From: Botryllus schlosseri
Taxonomy: Eukaryota
Length of the DNA: 64,000 bases
NCBI GenBank assembly: GCA_051294905.1
Contig: CM119372.1
Location: forward strand, 31,560,001-31,624,000
Direction: 5' to 3'
The notes below the pieces were generated by a model. That model saw nothing but the letters and a program-made list of their open reading frames with translations. It had not been told where the DNA came from and made no database searches. This document shows positions 26,463 to 38,369 of this stretch, one piece after another (the first letter of the stretch is position 1; every line of letters starts with the position of its first letter). A program made the translations under genes and the position numbers.

Positions 26463-29400
26463 ATGAACATGCTCGACGTTGGCTGTCTTTAGGGATTATT
26501 TAATGAAAGTATTTCCTACTAAAAATTACAACATTTGTTGGAAATACGCTGGATAATGCAAGCATTTTCTAATCTATACTCAGAATTGCTTCTTGGTCCG
26601 GATGAAATCGACTGTCGGGCTGAATTCGGCGTTCACGGGCCGCATATTTTACTTACACCCCTACGTTGGAACGTTAAATCAATTCTATTTAAATAGATGT
26701 TTGGTTGGTCGACGGCCGGGTGTTGCTAGAAAAGCGGTTCAATTCCTGATTCATCCCAGCTCGCGAGTGGTGAAAAGAACAAAATCGTAGAAATCTGCTT
26801 TACATTACGACAGTGATTATCAAATTATATGTCTCGAAGTCTATAACTGGGATCGCAACAGCACCAGAACGATCGTTTACCGTGCGTAATATTTAACGAA
26901 CAAAAAACATTCTTCACACTTTGCGCAGTCTTTCCTGGGCATTGTGGACATTTGTAAGTAAATTGAGCCCAGCACTGTAACAGTAAGTTTTGCACCTTCC
27001 AACAACGTTCACACATGGTCTATAGCCAACTCATTGTCCATGTAGTAAGCAGACGTGTATAGTTAAATAAAGATGTCTCTTTATTCAAAGTTACTCATTT
27101 TAGGGAGAACAGACGAAGGCAGATGATGCAGATACGCTAAGAGTTAACAGTTGGCATGATAATCCAAGACCATCGGGATGCTGCAAGCAGAATGACTGCA
27201 TTACATTTCAGAGTTCGAGCTGACGATTTTGCGTTCGATTGTTACAGCTCACAAGTGATCAATTTTATGACACTATTTATATTGTGCATGTTACTCAATT
27301 GATGGATTTTAACGAAAACGACGTTTCAATGCTGTAGGGTTGGATTCATACTTATGCAAGATATTTTGCTTTTATAAAGATTCCTGCTTAATTATAATGG
27401 AATGCCAGCTTTATCAAATTTATATCATCGTTTGTAAAAGAGTAGTTGTCATATTGTATATTTCGTAGCAGCCTTTGAGGGCATGTTTGCAAATCAAAAT
27501 ACTACCCAGCATAAACTCTGCTTGAATTCATCTGTCGTTTGAAGATCTTTGTCCAATTTTAATCATTAAGATCTACGAACTATTGCATACGCTATCATTT
27601 GTATTTGTGCTGCTAGCTCCGGTCCGCTGTATGCTTCTTATGACCTTTCGTGATAGCTGGGGATTTCAGTTATATGTATATACCGTTCAAAATCTGAGTT
27701 ATTTGGTATTTTAACTAATATAAATCAGGGAGATCTAGAACTTGAAGTTCTAGATATCCTTGATAAAAATAATAGTAGAATAAAACAAAGCGTACAGAAA
27801 AATACATACGTATGAATAATTTGAATAATAATAAACATTACTGTGTAGTTAGCATAAACTTCCAAATATTCCATTAATGTGTTTCGTCTTGTACTAAATC
27901 TTTTAAAATGTGCATGTATACCTAGCTCATTTGATGTACTATAGTGCAGTACTTTTTAACCTTTTTGAGCACCATTCGCACTCTTTTTTGCAAAATAAAG
28001 TTCATTCGCACAAACTAACCGAAAATTGTTTTACAAAAAGAAGATGAAGATACTTAACAATATTTTGTTCAGATGTGCAGCAAATAGTCTGCTATAGCTT
28101 AGTTAGGCCATCAAGTAGGCCTATCTCTTTATAAAGACAACTTTTCTTCAACGTTATGATTTCAACAATAGTGCCGATAAGTTGTTGGGTTTTTTATACA
28201 AGAACGTTTACTAGACCTTTTTTATGAGAACCATCCAGCACTCATATCCGAATTACAGCGGATTTTCACCAAGTGAAAAATGCTTGGTGGTAGAAATCGT
28301 TTTGCTGGCACAAAGGTCTCGGAGGCTCCAGTTCGTCGAAAGGATGATAAATCAACATTTTTGTGTTGATGCTTCTGCCTGATGACTTGGAAAATAAGCT
28401 CCAAAAGTATCAATGAGAGGGGCACAATAGAACTCACTACCTTTTGATAATTTGCCACAACTTGTGTTATGTTTTTTTTTAATTTCCGAATTTCTGTCTC
28501 GCCACTAAATGAGACGAGTAAAAGAAAGTCACGATACCGTGTGTTCGGCTCTTTAGCTCAATCTAACTTGAAAGTTTATAACAGTTCAATAATCATAAAG
28601 CAGGTTTTTAGACCACGATCAAAATCTGAGTTTAATGGCAACTCCCGACCCGAGGTTTGCACATAAAAAAGAATGCATTTTTAACAACATAGTAGTATGC
28701 TACGATTTTACGGGCATGTATGACATACAGAAAGCGGACACCATAATTGCACCCAACACAGCTCTACGAAACATGTCTGACGCTCGCGACTTCAAATTCC
28801 GGTGTGTTAAATTCCTCTGATTGTCGCATTTGTACTACTGTCTCCTTATATTGCAATAACGGGACCATGGTCGGTGCCGACCGCCGACTATATCGACAAC
28901 ATAGCATATGTATATCGAAAGTTATGGCCAATCAGCGACGGTCATTTTTGGCCAAGGATTTGTCGCTTCTGATCTTTTTGACACTGCAATTTTATCAGCG
29001 GTGTTTTGGCCAAAACTTCATGTGTTCATACTGTTCATGTGCCCGACGCAGAAGGGATTAGCATCGAAATGACGGTGGCTCATAGGCCCGAACTGGCTTA
29101 TTTCACACCCCTACACTCATCTTAATGGTCGTTGACGATGTTTTCCATTGAAACCAGTCGGACAAATCTTATCACGAATTCAAACCAATTTGTGAAACCC
29201 AAAAGTCGGCTCATTTTCATGATCAAGGCACATATTCTGCGTGTCTTGCTTATTGGCTATAGTACCCAACACAGTGATCTTGGCTATGTAAAAACTATCC
29301 ACTGGACTTTTTGATATAAATTCAACAAATATGACATTCACATTAAGATATTGCTCTGGTACCGCGGCGACCCAAAATTATAGGCTATCCTTGGCGACCC

Positions 29401-29815
29401 ATATCCTTGAAGGGGTAAAAATCTGCGTTACAGTAACTTGCAAATGTGAGTCTGTAATGTTGGTATTTACTCATATCTTCGTGCCTTGCTCTAATCCAGT
29501 GGTTCTTAACCAATTATCTCCAGCGCCCCCAGAAGGCGATTTGGATTTTAAAAGGGACTGCTGTACCCCTTTGTACATTAAAGAAGCTTTGAAGCTTCCG
29601 GCCAAAACGATTAACTAAATATACTTGTATTTGAGAGCTACAAAATTGATTCGTTAGATTTCTTGATTGTATCATAAAGGATGATACTGTTTAGTTTTGT
29701 GACCCACAACAGACATGAACGTTATATATTATGGGTTGTTCTGTTTGGAATACATTCATGTTAAAGTTAAGAGCTGGGCGCAGCACTAAGTTCAATGTGA
29801 GCAAAGATATCTACC

Positions 29816-30266
29816 TAGGGTTGCATTTAAAACAAACGGTGTTTAAAAACACTTTGTTCAAAACATGTTTTAAACAGTGTTTTAAAAAAAGTACTTTTTG
29901 AAAAAAAAAATGTCTTTTTTAAGTGGTAAAATTATGCTATAATTGTGTAAATGCTTTTAAAAAAACATGTTGTATGAGCCTACGGACAATTAACACTAGA
30001 TATAGCCGACGTTTATCGATATGGGATGGTTGGAACCCTCAAAATAGTCGGTTCAACATTAATAGTACAGGTATTTCGTCGAAGGAACTATATTTACCCT
30101 ATATTTTCAATTGTCAATGCCAATCCACTATGACGTCACAATTAACTATTCGTGACGTCATAGCTTACAAGAAAACAAAAAAAAACAATAAAAAACATGT
30201 TTTAAATTAGGGCCTTGTTTTAAACAAGTTTGTTTTAAATTGATTTTTGTTTTAAATGCAACCCTA
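29816..30266. mobile_element. hAT MITE (TAGGGTTGCATTTAAAAC TIR)
   Basis: TIR pair; TSD TATCTACC/TCTCTATC (6/8); partial homologue at ~6340-6500. Confidence 0.8.
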
Positions 30267-30801
30267 TCTCTATCACATTCTCAGTTGATTTTGCTAGTCA
30301 CCAGTGTTAAGATGACTCGAGTCACTTTTTTCCTATGACTTGACTTGACTCGAGTCACTATGCAAAAATAACTTGACCTGACTTGACTCTGCGTTTCAGA
30401 AATGTGGATTGACTCGTGACTCGGAGCAAAATTTACGGGTCAATTTCAAGTCACCAAGTAAACGGTGTCGATTAGATCTCTGATCTTGTCTATGTTCGGA
30501 TAGTTCACGATACGCCAGTGTCACTTGTGAGTGCAACCAGTCATTCACTGATTGTGCGTTTCACTGATCCTCCATTGCTACATCACAAATAAACTGCCCG
30601 CAAACGAAATGATCACAGCTTAAGTTGTCGTAGCAGTACTAATAGATTAATCTAATTCTAAGAGCAACGGATCACTGTTTATTAGACGGCTCTGTGCTTA
30701 CATTGCACAGCGCTCACTTTTACCAACCCTCTTGTATTATTTAAATCGAACGAATATAGTTTATTCGTTTATGTTCTCACTGATGTGTAGATGGTTATAG
30801 T

Positions 30802-31250
30802 CAGTGATGGCTTTTGGGGTGGGCGAGGTGGGCGGTCGCCCGGGGCCCCCCCTGGTCGAAGGGGGCCCCCTATTTGGATTTTGCGCTTTTTTCAAGAAGA
30901 ATGACGAATAAACATGGAAATCCGTGCACCAAGCAAGAATATGATTCTGTACAGATGTGTCAATCATCATCAAATCACTGCATTTGTTAGAAAAGTTCCG
31001 TATCCCGATAATGATCACGTCTCTGCATGCGGTAGAATAACTTAGTTTTGATATAGTCTATCCTCGCACTAGTTGCACACAGGCAAAATAGACATGGCCG
31101 AATCCAGCATCTGGGCAAACCTTTGCGGTGGTTAAAGATAGATAGTAATAACCGATGCAAAAGGGGGGTCCCCCGGTACGCATAGATACTAATAGGGGGG
31201 CCCCCCGGTAAGTTTTGCCCAGGGCCCCCCCGTTCGTAGGGCCACCACTG
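30802..31250 (-). mobile_element. hAT MITE (CAGTGGTGGC family), copy 2, inverted
   Basis: Reverse-complement homologue of 24841-25269; perfect TSD GTTATAGT. Confidence 0.9.
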
Positions 31251-31637
31251 GTTATAGTACGATATGAATTTCTTCAAACTTTTTCGGGATTCCTATTCAA
31301 TCCTCTATTTTTGCTGATAAAAACAGAATGTAGCATGTAGCTCAGAGTTGTGAAAACTCAACTGACGTCGCGGGTCGGATTAAAATATTCAGATCACTCG
31401 CGGGCCGCACCAGTGAAATGATTCCAAAATATTACCTCAAAATACACAGATTCCATAAATTGGAATATTTATATGCTCGCTTTGTTTTAGTTGTATCCTG
31501 GCGTCAACCCAGCGTATGCGTTTTGAGGAACACAAAAGATTTAACTGTAAACGGGGGTTCATTGTTATCATATAGTGATGCGGGTTTCTCTCTACTTTTT
31601 GAGTCCAACTAATGGAGCAATGCGACCCGGCGTAACT

Positions 31638-34345
31638 CAGGGTTGTAATGACTCGAGTCATGACTCGACTCGAGTCAGACTCGAGTCACGTTTTTTTTGT
31701 GACTCGACTTGACTCGAGTCATTTTCTTGAAATGGGAAAATGACTCGACTCGACTCGAGTCAATATTTGGATTGACTCGACTTGTACTCGAGTCATTACA
31801 CATGACTCGACCCAAGTCAATGACTCGGCTTATTTTATATGACTTGAAGATGAATAGATTTGCGAATCGTAATGGCTAGTTCAACACATCTGACGAATTG
31901 TGCCGACATCGCTATTTGTCACCACTGCTTTCGTTGCACTCGTCTGATATCAGATATGCCGCCGCAAAAACAACAGACAATGGTACCATAGTGTCTTATA
32001 TGGCGTCGACACAACCAAATCTCACGCCTCAGAAATTGATTCACGTCACAATTTCGATTTGGCTACAGGCAATTTGAAGGTCATTTTCGACCGGCTTGGC
32101 GAGCATTAAATTTGGTAAAACGGGTATCAATCGAAAGCTGACTCTGCACTGATTACGAAAACATAAATGTTATTCCGCTCGTGGCCCTGGAGCCCCCACA
32201 ATCAGCCTCTCGAATTTTTCATTGTTATGGAGATCGGCATTGGGACGCAATAATGCTGTCTGGCTCTTTTGCTCTTGAGCTACTCTCTCGTTTCGCCAGA
32301 TAGCATTGCTGCGTCCCAATGCCAATCAGGGTAGTACCAACTACCAACCCTGCTCTCTCTCTCACTCTACAACCATTCAATTAGGCACGCTATCACTGTC
32401 AATTACTTGCGCGCATTAGTGGAAGCATTGAAAAATTCTATTTTAAAGCGTTTTGCTGGAGTGTTTGTAAATGTGAACATGATCACAACTGATTGGTCTT
32501 CGGATTGACCTATCGGTAATCCCAAACCGTTTGGTGAAACCATCTTCTTCACATCATGCGTGTTCGATCCGAAATTTGCTTTCCATTAGCTTATGGATCT
32601 AAATTACTCAGAACAATCCCGAATTGCACTGCGGCAGAAAATAATCGAGTTGATGATGACTGGGCCTGACACTCATTCATAGAGGATCACCAGCCAAGGT
32701 ACAAAATCATCTGACGAAGAGGTACTAGTAGATCCTCCGCAATCAAAGTATTTAGGACTTTTCAATTATACAAGCAAACAATCGAAGTAAAGTTCAATTG
32801 GAGCCAACGTAATGACTCAGATAGTCAAGTAATTGGAAGAGACCGATAAGCTTATGTGTAGATTTGAAAGCAAAGATTCTTTGCAATTTTGGGCGACTCG
32901 AAAGAATGAGTATCCTATGCTCTTCACTATGGTTCAAAAATGCTTATTAATTCCTGCATCTAGTGCACCAGTGCAACGTGTATTCAGTAGAGCTGGATTT
33001 ATTCTAAGGCCATGCCGCTCTAATATATCTGAGGATCTCCTTTCCACTTTGGTATTTTTAAAGTGTAACTCATCATTGATGTGATATGCTGTCTGTGAAA
33101 ACACACAATACCACCTGTCTATTTGAGGTTTTGTTAGGTATATGCATTGTGCACGTGAGTAATAATGAATGGCTAATGCTGCATGATGTTTGTAGAATAG
33201 GACTGTTCAAAAGTAACTTCTTTTTTATGTTACTCGGTGGCTACTTGATTACGTTGCATAAAAAGAACATTGAATCTAGCTCAATTTTAAAAAGAAGAAT
33301 CAATGATAGATAGGAGAAAATTTTGGATTTGAAAATAAATAAAGTATTTTTAGTGAGAAATTGTTTCATATAATATATTTACATAGTAGTAGTAAGCCGA
33401 CTATTTTTTCATATCCAAAATATTCTACTCTAATAACTTCATTTCTTCTAGTTGGAATCTGCTATGAATCATATTTTAACACAATGTAACAATATCATGA
33501 GATAGCCGGTAAAATTCGAAAATCTCTATTTGTAATTATTCTAAAATTTTCTTTCATAGCATTGCTTTCTACTGGTTGAAATTGAGCCAAATTTGATTTT
33601 TTTCGGGCAATCTAACAATTTTAAGGAGTAGCCGGAAAACTTGAAAACATGTTTTCGAACAGCCTCATTGTACAATTATTTCTCCAATGCTGATGCTGCG
33701 ATGTAGTCTGTAATGCAATTGGGAAAACCTTAAGTAATACCAAAAGGTATCTGTTTTTTTGTCACTGCACAATGCACATCGCTGCATGCACGCTTTTACA
33801 GCATGCTGGCTTGGTGTAAATACCTCTACATAAACATGCATCTGCTGATTCTCTATCAGCTGGTATCTCCGTGAATTCGTTGGTTCTCTATCAGCAATTT
33901 ATCAGCTATCGTCGATGTGCTTATCATAAAAACTGAATGCTTGAATTGGTGATGAATCAGACTGACAAGACAGATATTTGATTTTACGTTCTAACTTAGT
34001 GAAGTTATCTGTAGCATCGGTAAATGAGGCCAGGAACTGTCCGTTAACTGCCTAAATAAACACGTGCCAAAACTCTGATAGGGAGAAAATGAGCGTGTTT
34101 GCCAAGCTAGGAATTCGATATCACCCAAGCAGGATTGAAAACATGAGCTGAACATGACTTCAATACTGTGACTTGGACTCGACTCGAGTCATAACACTAT
34201 GACTCGGACTTGACCCTTTAAACGGTGACTTGGACTCGGACTCGAGTCATTGATGAATTGAAAATGACTTGACTCGACTCGAGTCAAAACCACAAAAATA
34301 AGATTGACTCGTGACTCGGTACCATGTGACTTGGTTACAACCCTG
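31638..34345 (+). mobile_element. Internally deleted hAT transposon with GACTCGAGTC subterminal repeats
   Basis: TIR CAGGGTTGTAA/TTACAACCCTG; perfect TSD GCGTAACT. Confidence 0.9.
32520..33084 (+). pseudogene. hAT transposase C-terminal dimerization domain remnant
   Basis: LQFW...YPML...LLIPASSAPVQRVFSRAG...LVFLKCN; upstream frame has stops. Confidence 0.85.
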
Positions 34346-34466
34346 GCGTAACTATTGTATACTCCGTTTAGCATGCATATAAATTGTAAGGGTTTAGCAT
34401 TGGCGTTTTCGCTTCTGTGAATAACTAGTTTTTGATCAATTTTCCGAACTCTTATAACTCAATATA

Positions 34467-34761
34467 TGTGATGAATAACTCAGAATCTAATCCGATCTAC
34501 CTGCGGCTTGAGATTCTTATTCAAACACCAGTCCAACACACAGCAGAGTATTTTTACAGCGTACCTGTTCAATACAGCGAGCGACGTCTCCAAACTTTCT
34601 TAAAAAAGTGCCACGAGGTAAGCACACTGGCCAGATATTATACGCGGCATTATGACGACACAACACAATCAATATTCCTAAACACTTCTAACTAGTACAG
34701 CGAACATTATTTACAACAGTCTAACAATGTCTCAAGCATTATAAAATTATCATTTTCAACA
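34467..34761 (-). repeat. Copia 3' LTR (left boundary approximate), preceded by a polypurine tract at 34762-34772
   Basis: Minus strand reads AAGAGAAGGAG (PPT) then TGTTGAAAATG directly after the RNase H stop. Confidence 0.7.
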
Positions 34762-34792
34762 CTCCTTCTCTTGGGACATTATTAAATGTTCA

Positions 34793-37197
34793 TCACGCTG
34801 GCATTTGAGTAACACCAATATTATCTCTCAAGTAACAGAAAGGAAGTCGACGTAAAGGCTTTGTCAAGATATCGGCCAATTGATCATCACTTGGTACATA
34901 ACGAATTTCAATTCTATCACCATCAAGTTCATCTTTGATGTAACCAAATTTTATTGCAATGTGCTTGTTAGCTTGGTGATTGACAGGATTCTTGCACATA
35001 GCAATAGCACTTTGATTATCTTCATATATTGTGATTGGTCCATCAATTTTTCTCACCATTTCGTCATGCAGCTGACGAAACCATGCAGTTTCTCGAGCGA
35101 CAAGATTCAACGCAATGAATTCGGCTTCAGCAGTAGACTGTGCCGTTACAGTTTGTTTTTTCGATCTCCATGCGATAGGACCATTGTTTTTTCATTATTA
35201 CATATCCAGAAGTTGATTTTCTGTCATCTCGATCTCCACCAAAATCAGCATCTGCGTAAGCCATAATTGTATTCGGCTCACGCTTGTAAAGTATCCCATA
35301 ATCAACAGTTCCACGAATGTATCGTAACAAATGCTTTATCATCTGCCAATCGTACACAGTTGGATCACTGCTATATTGACCCAGTTTCGCCACAACAAAC
35401 GCAATGTCGGGTCGGGTCTGGTATAAAGTGCCAGATAAAGCAGACTTCCAACTGCTGCTTGATAAGTAGATCCATCAAACTTTGTATCAGTTGACTTCGA
35501 CTTTTCTAGTTTTGCACCAGGATCCATTGGAGTAGATGCCGGTCGACAGTCAGACATTCTGAATCTTTCAAGCACCGACTGAGCGTAACTATCTTGCCCA
35601 ATCCATATGTAATCATCTCCTTGTTTCACGCGCATTCCCAAAAAATATTGCAGCTTTCCCATATCTTTCAAACTGAATTCCTTTTGAAACAAGGATTTTG
35701 TTTGAGCTATCGCATTCGCAGATTTTCCAGCAATTAAGATATCACTGACGTACACTGCCAAATAAATATTTTCCCCATATCGTGTTCCAATATATATACA
35801 TGGGTCGGATACAGTTTGTTTAAATCCCATTCCAGTCAATTTTTCATGAAGAACTTGGTTCCAACAAAGCGGTGATTGCTTTAACCCATAAATTGATTTC
35901 TTCAGCAAACACAACATGCTCTCCTTCCCTTTTACTACAAATCCTTCAGGCTGTCTCATATACACTGTTTCATTTAGTTTCCCATGGAGAAAAGCAGTTT
36001 TAACATCCATCTGATGAATTTGCAAACTCTTCTCATTGGCTAAAGCAATGAAGGCACGAAATGAGCTTGCATGCACCACAGGTGCGAACGTTTGTTCATA
36101 ATCTTTTCCATATTTTTGACTGATTCCAAGTGCAACAAGACGTGCTTTTGCACGGTCCACTTGCCCATTCTCATCATACTTATATTTCAGTACCCATTTA
36201 CATCCAAGTATCTTTGCATCAGCAGGAGCTTTGACCAACTCCCACACTTTCAAATCATGCATTGATTTCATTTCTTCTCGTGCAGCTTCCATCCATAAAT
36301 CAGAATGCTCAGAGTTCAATGCATCTTTCCGGCCTCTTGGCTCTGCCAAGAGCACATCAGTAGCTGGTACCGCATGCGACAATAATGAGACTGAAATATC
36401 ATCTTCAACTTGTTCTTCAGTCTGTTGGAAACTTTCATCGTATGTAAGTCTCGGGTGTGGTTTACCAGCATTCAAACGTGTAGATCTCCTCAATTCTACA
36501 ATTTCTTCTTCGTTACCACTTCTCTCATCATCACATAATTCCTGATCGTCATCCATTACAGGATAGATGAAACGCGATGCAGGCATTTCAGGCTGAGATT
36601 CAGCCACTTCTCCTTCTTGACCAAATCGTGTTTCGTCGAAACGAACATGACGACGTATTATCACTTCTTGTCGTTCATCACTCCATAAACGATAACCTTT
36701 CGTTAACAGGCCATATCCCAGAAGTGTACATATTTCAGCTTTAGCAGCAATCTTGCCTCTTCTCTCACTCTTCGGCAAAAACGCGTAAGCTTTGCACCCA
36801 AACACCCGCAGATGCTTCACGCTAGGTTTGGTGCCGTGGTACACTTCAAACGGTGTTTTACAATCCAAAGCAACAGTCCTACTTCTGTTCCTTAAATAAT
36901 TAGCGGTCATAATCGCTTCAGGCCACAGATGCGGTGGCACCTGCGATCCATGAATCATAACAGCAGCTCTTTCACAGAGTACTCTATTTAGACGTTCAGC
37001 AACGCCATTTTGCGGAGGACAAGCCCTCACAGTTTTCTCATGCCGTATTCCTCTCTCTTTAAGCCAGGATTCACATTCATTACTGATGTATTCGCCACCA
37101 TTGTCAGTACGAATACAACCAACACGTTGTTTCCGAAAATTTTCTTGATGTAGCATGAACGCTCGTAACTCTGCAAACACGTCGGCTTTTCTCTTAA
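34793..37197 (-). pseudogene. Ty1/Copia pol remnant (integrase, RT, RNase H), frameshifted, 5' part cut off at TTAA
   Basis: IRTDNGGEY, PPQNGVAERLN, QMDVKTAFLHG, YGLKQSP, YVSD (YVDD mutated), YADADF, EDNQSAI, QLADILTK; integrase-before-RT order. Confidence 0.95.
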
Positions 37198-38218
37198 GGG
37201 GCTAGGCTACCCCTCGAATTGGGAAATCAGTCATATAACCATAACTTTGATATCAATGAAGCAATCTTTCTGAAATTTTGACACAAGGTGCTGTGTTGGA
37301 CATTCGAACCTTGGTGAAAATTTGGTGAAAAATGGTCAACGTTTTTTTGACTTTCATCCGATTTTATGATTTTTCAAACTATTTTTTTGTGAATTTTTTT
37401 CTGGCAAAATTTTTGAGTGAAATTTTTTCTTGGTGCTTATAATAGATTCAAATTACCCCAAATTTCCGGATGAAACTCTTTTTTTTTCAACAAGGGTTAT
37501 TCTCTGGAAAAAAAATTTGAAAATTGAAAATAAAAAAAAAATTTGCAAATTTTTGAGTTAGTTGAACCTAAAGGGAGGGACTCTTCACTCATAACATAAA
37601 ATAAACAGTTTCATCCGGAGGAGCATCCCAAGATACATATACCTGCAAATCTTCACGTTGATTGGACGATTTTTTCTGCCTCAAAAAGGATTCATAACTT
37701 ACAAGGTACGAAAAATAGAAAATTTTGAGAAAAAGCCACTTTAATTTCGTAACATGTAGAAGTCACATTATCACCCTGAAAATCCAAAATTTCACACAGT
37801 TAATAGTCTAAAAAGCGCCAGGATGCTATATTTTCCTTCTGTATTGCCATGTTTTCTGCTTTTGACAGCCCTGTCCATTCGTTCACAGTTCTGAATGAGT
37901 AGATTTCCATTCTTTGACTTCCCATTCCCCCCCCCCTTGATTTCCCACGTTTTGCAATAGTCGCCCAATAGTCGACCATAAAACGGTGAATGGCTCGAAC
38001 AAAATCTGATTCTGTGGTCAATTGCATGTCTTGACAAATGCCATGACACATCAAATGACACTGTGATAGATGTGACACTCTAATCCAGCCTCTAACAGTG
38101 ATCAATATCAGCTTTGATTGACAAAAAACAGTCACCAAATTCAGTCACTGAGAACCCACGAACCACCAGCTGCAAAGTGCTGAGACGAGGAGCGTTGGTT
38201 CGATTTGTTTGAAATACG

Positions 38219-38315
38219 GTCATATTTGTTTGAAATGAGGAGAGTCTCATGTTTGAAATGAGGATAGTCATGTCAGAAATAAGGATAGTCATGTTTGAAA
38301 TGAGGATAGTCGCTA
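38219..38315 (+). repeat. ~21-bp minisatellite (GTCATGTTTGAAATAAGGATA); longer copy at ~39957-40135
   Basis: Direct tandem copies visible in both blocks. Confidence 0.85.
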
Positions 38316-38369
38316 TATTCACTATAAAATCAGTTGCAGTACCAGGCACGACTTCCCAGTGGTAGCCCA

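Larger units (their letters stand above)
24135..26663 (+). mobile_element. Charlie-like non-autonomous hAT, copy 2, with nested MITEs
   Basis: Collinear homology with 19653-23955 outside the nested insertions. Confidence 0.7.

Noticed and set aside
27104..27225. Candidate terminal exon of the NLR-like gene
   Set aside because: A TTTTAG acceptor and short open frames exist, but the phase and linkage across 8 kb of TEs cannot be established, so it is not listed as a feature
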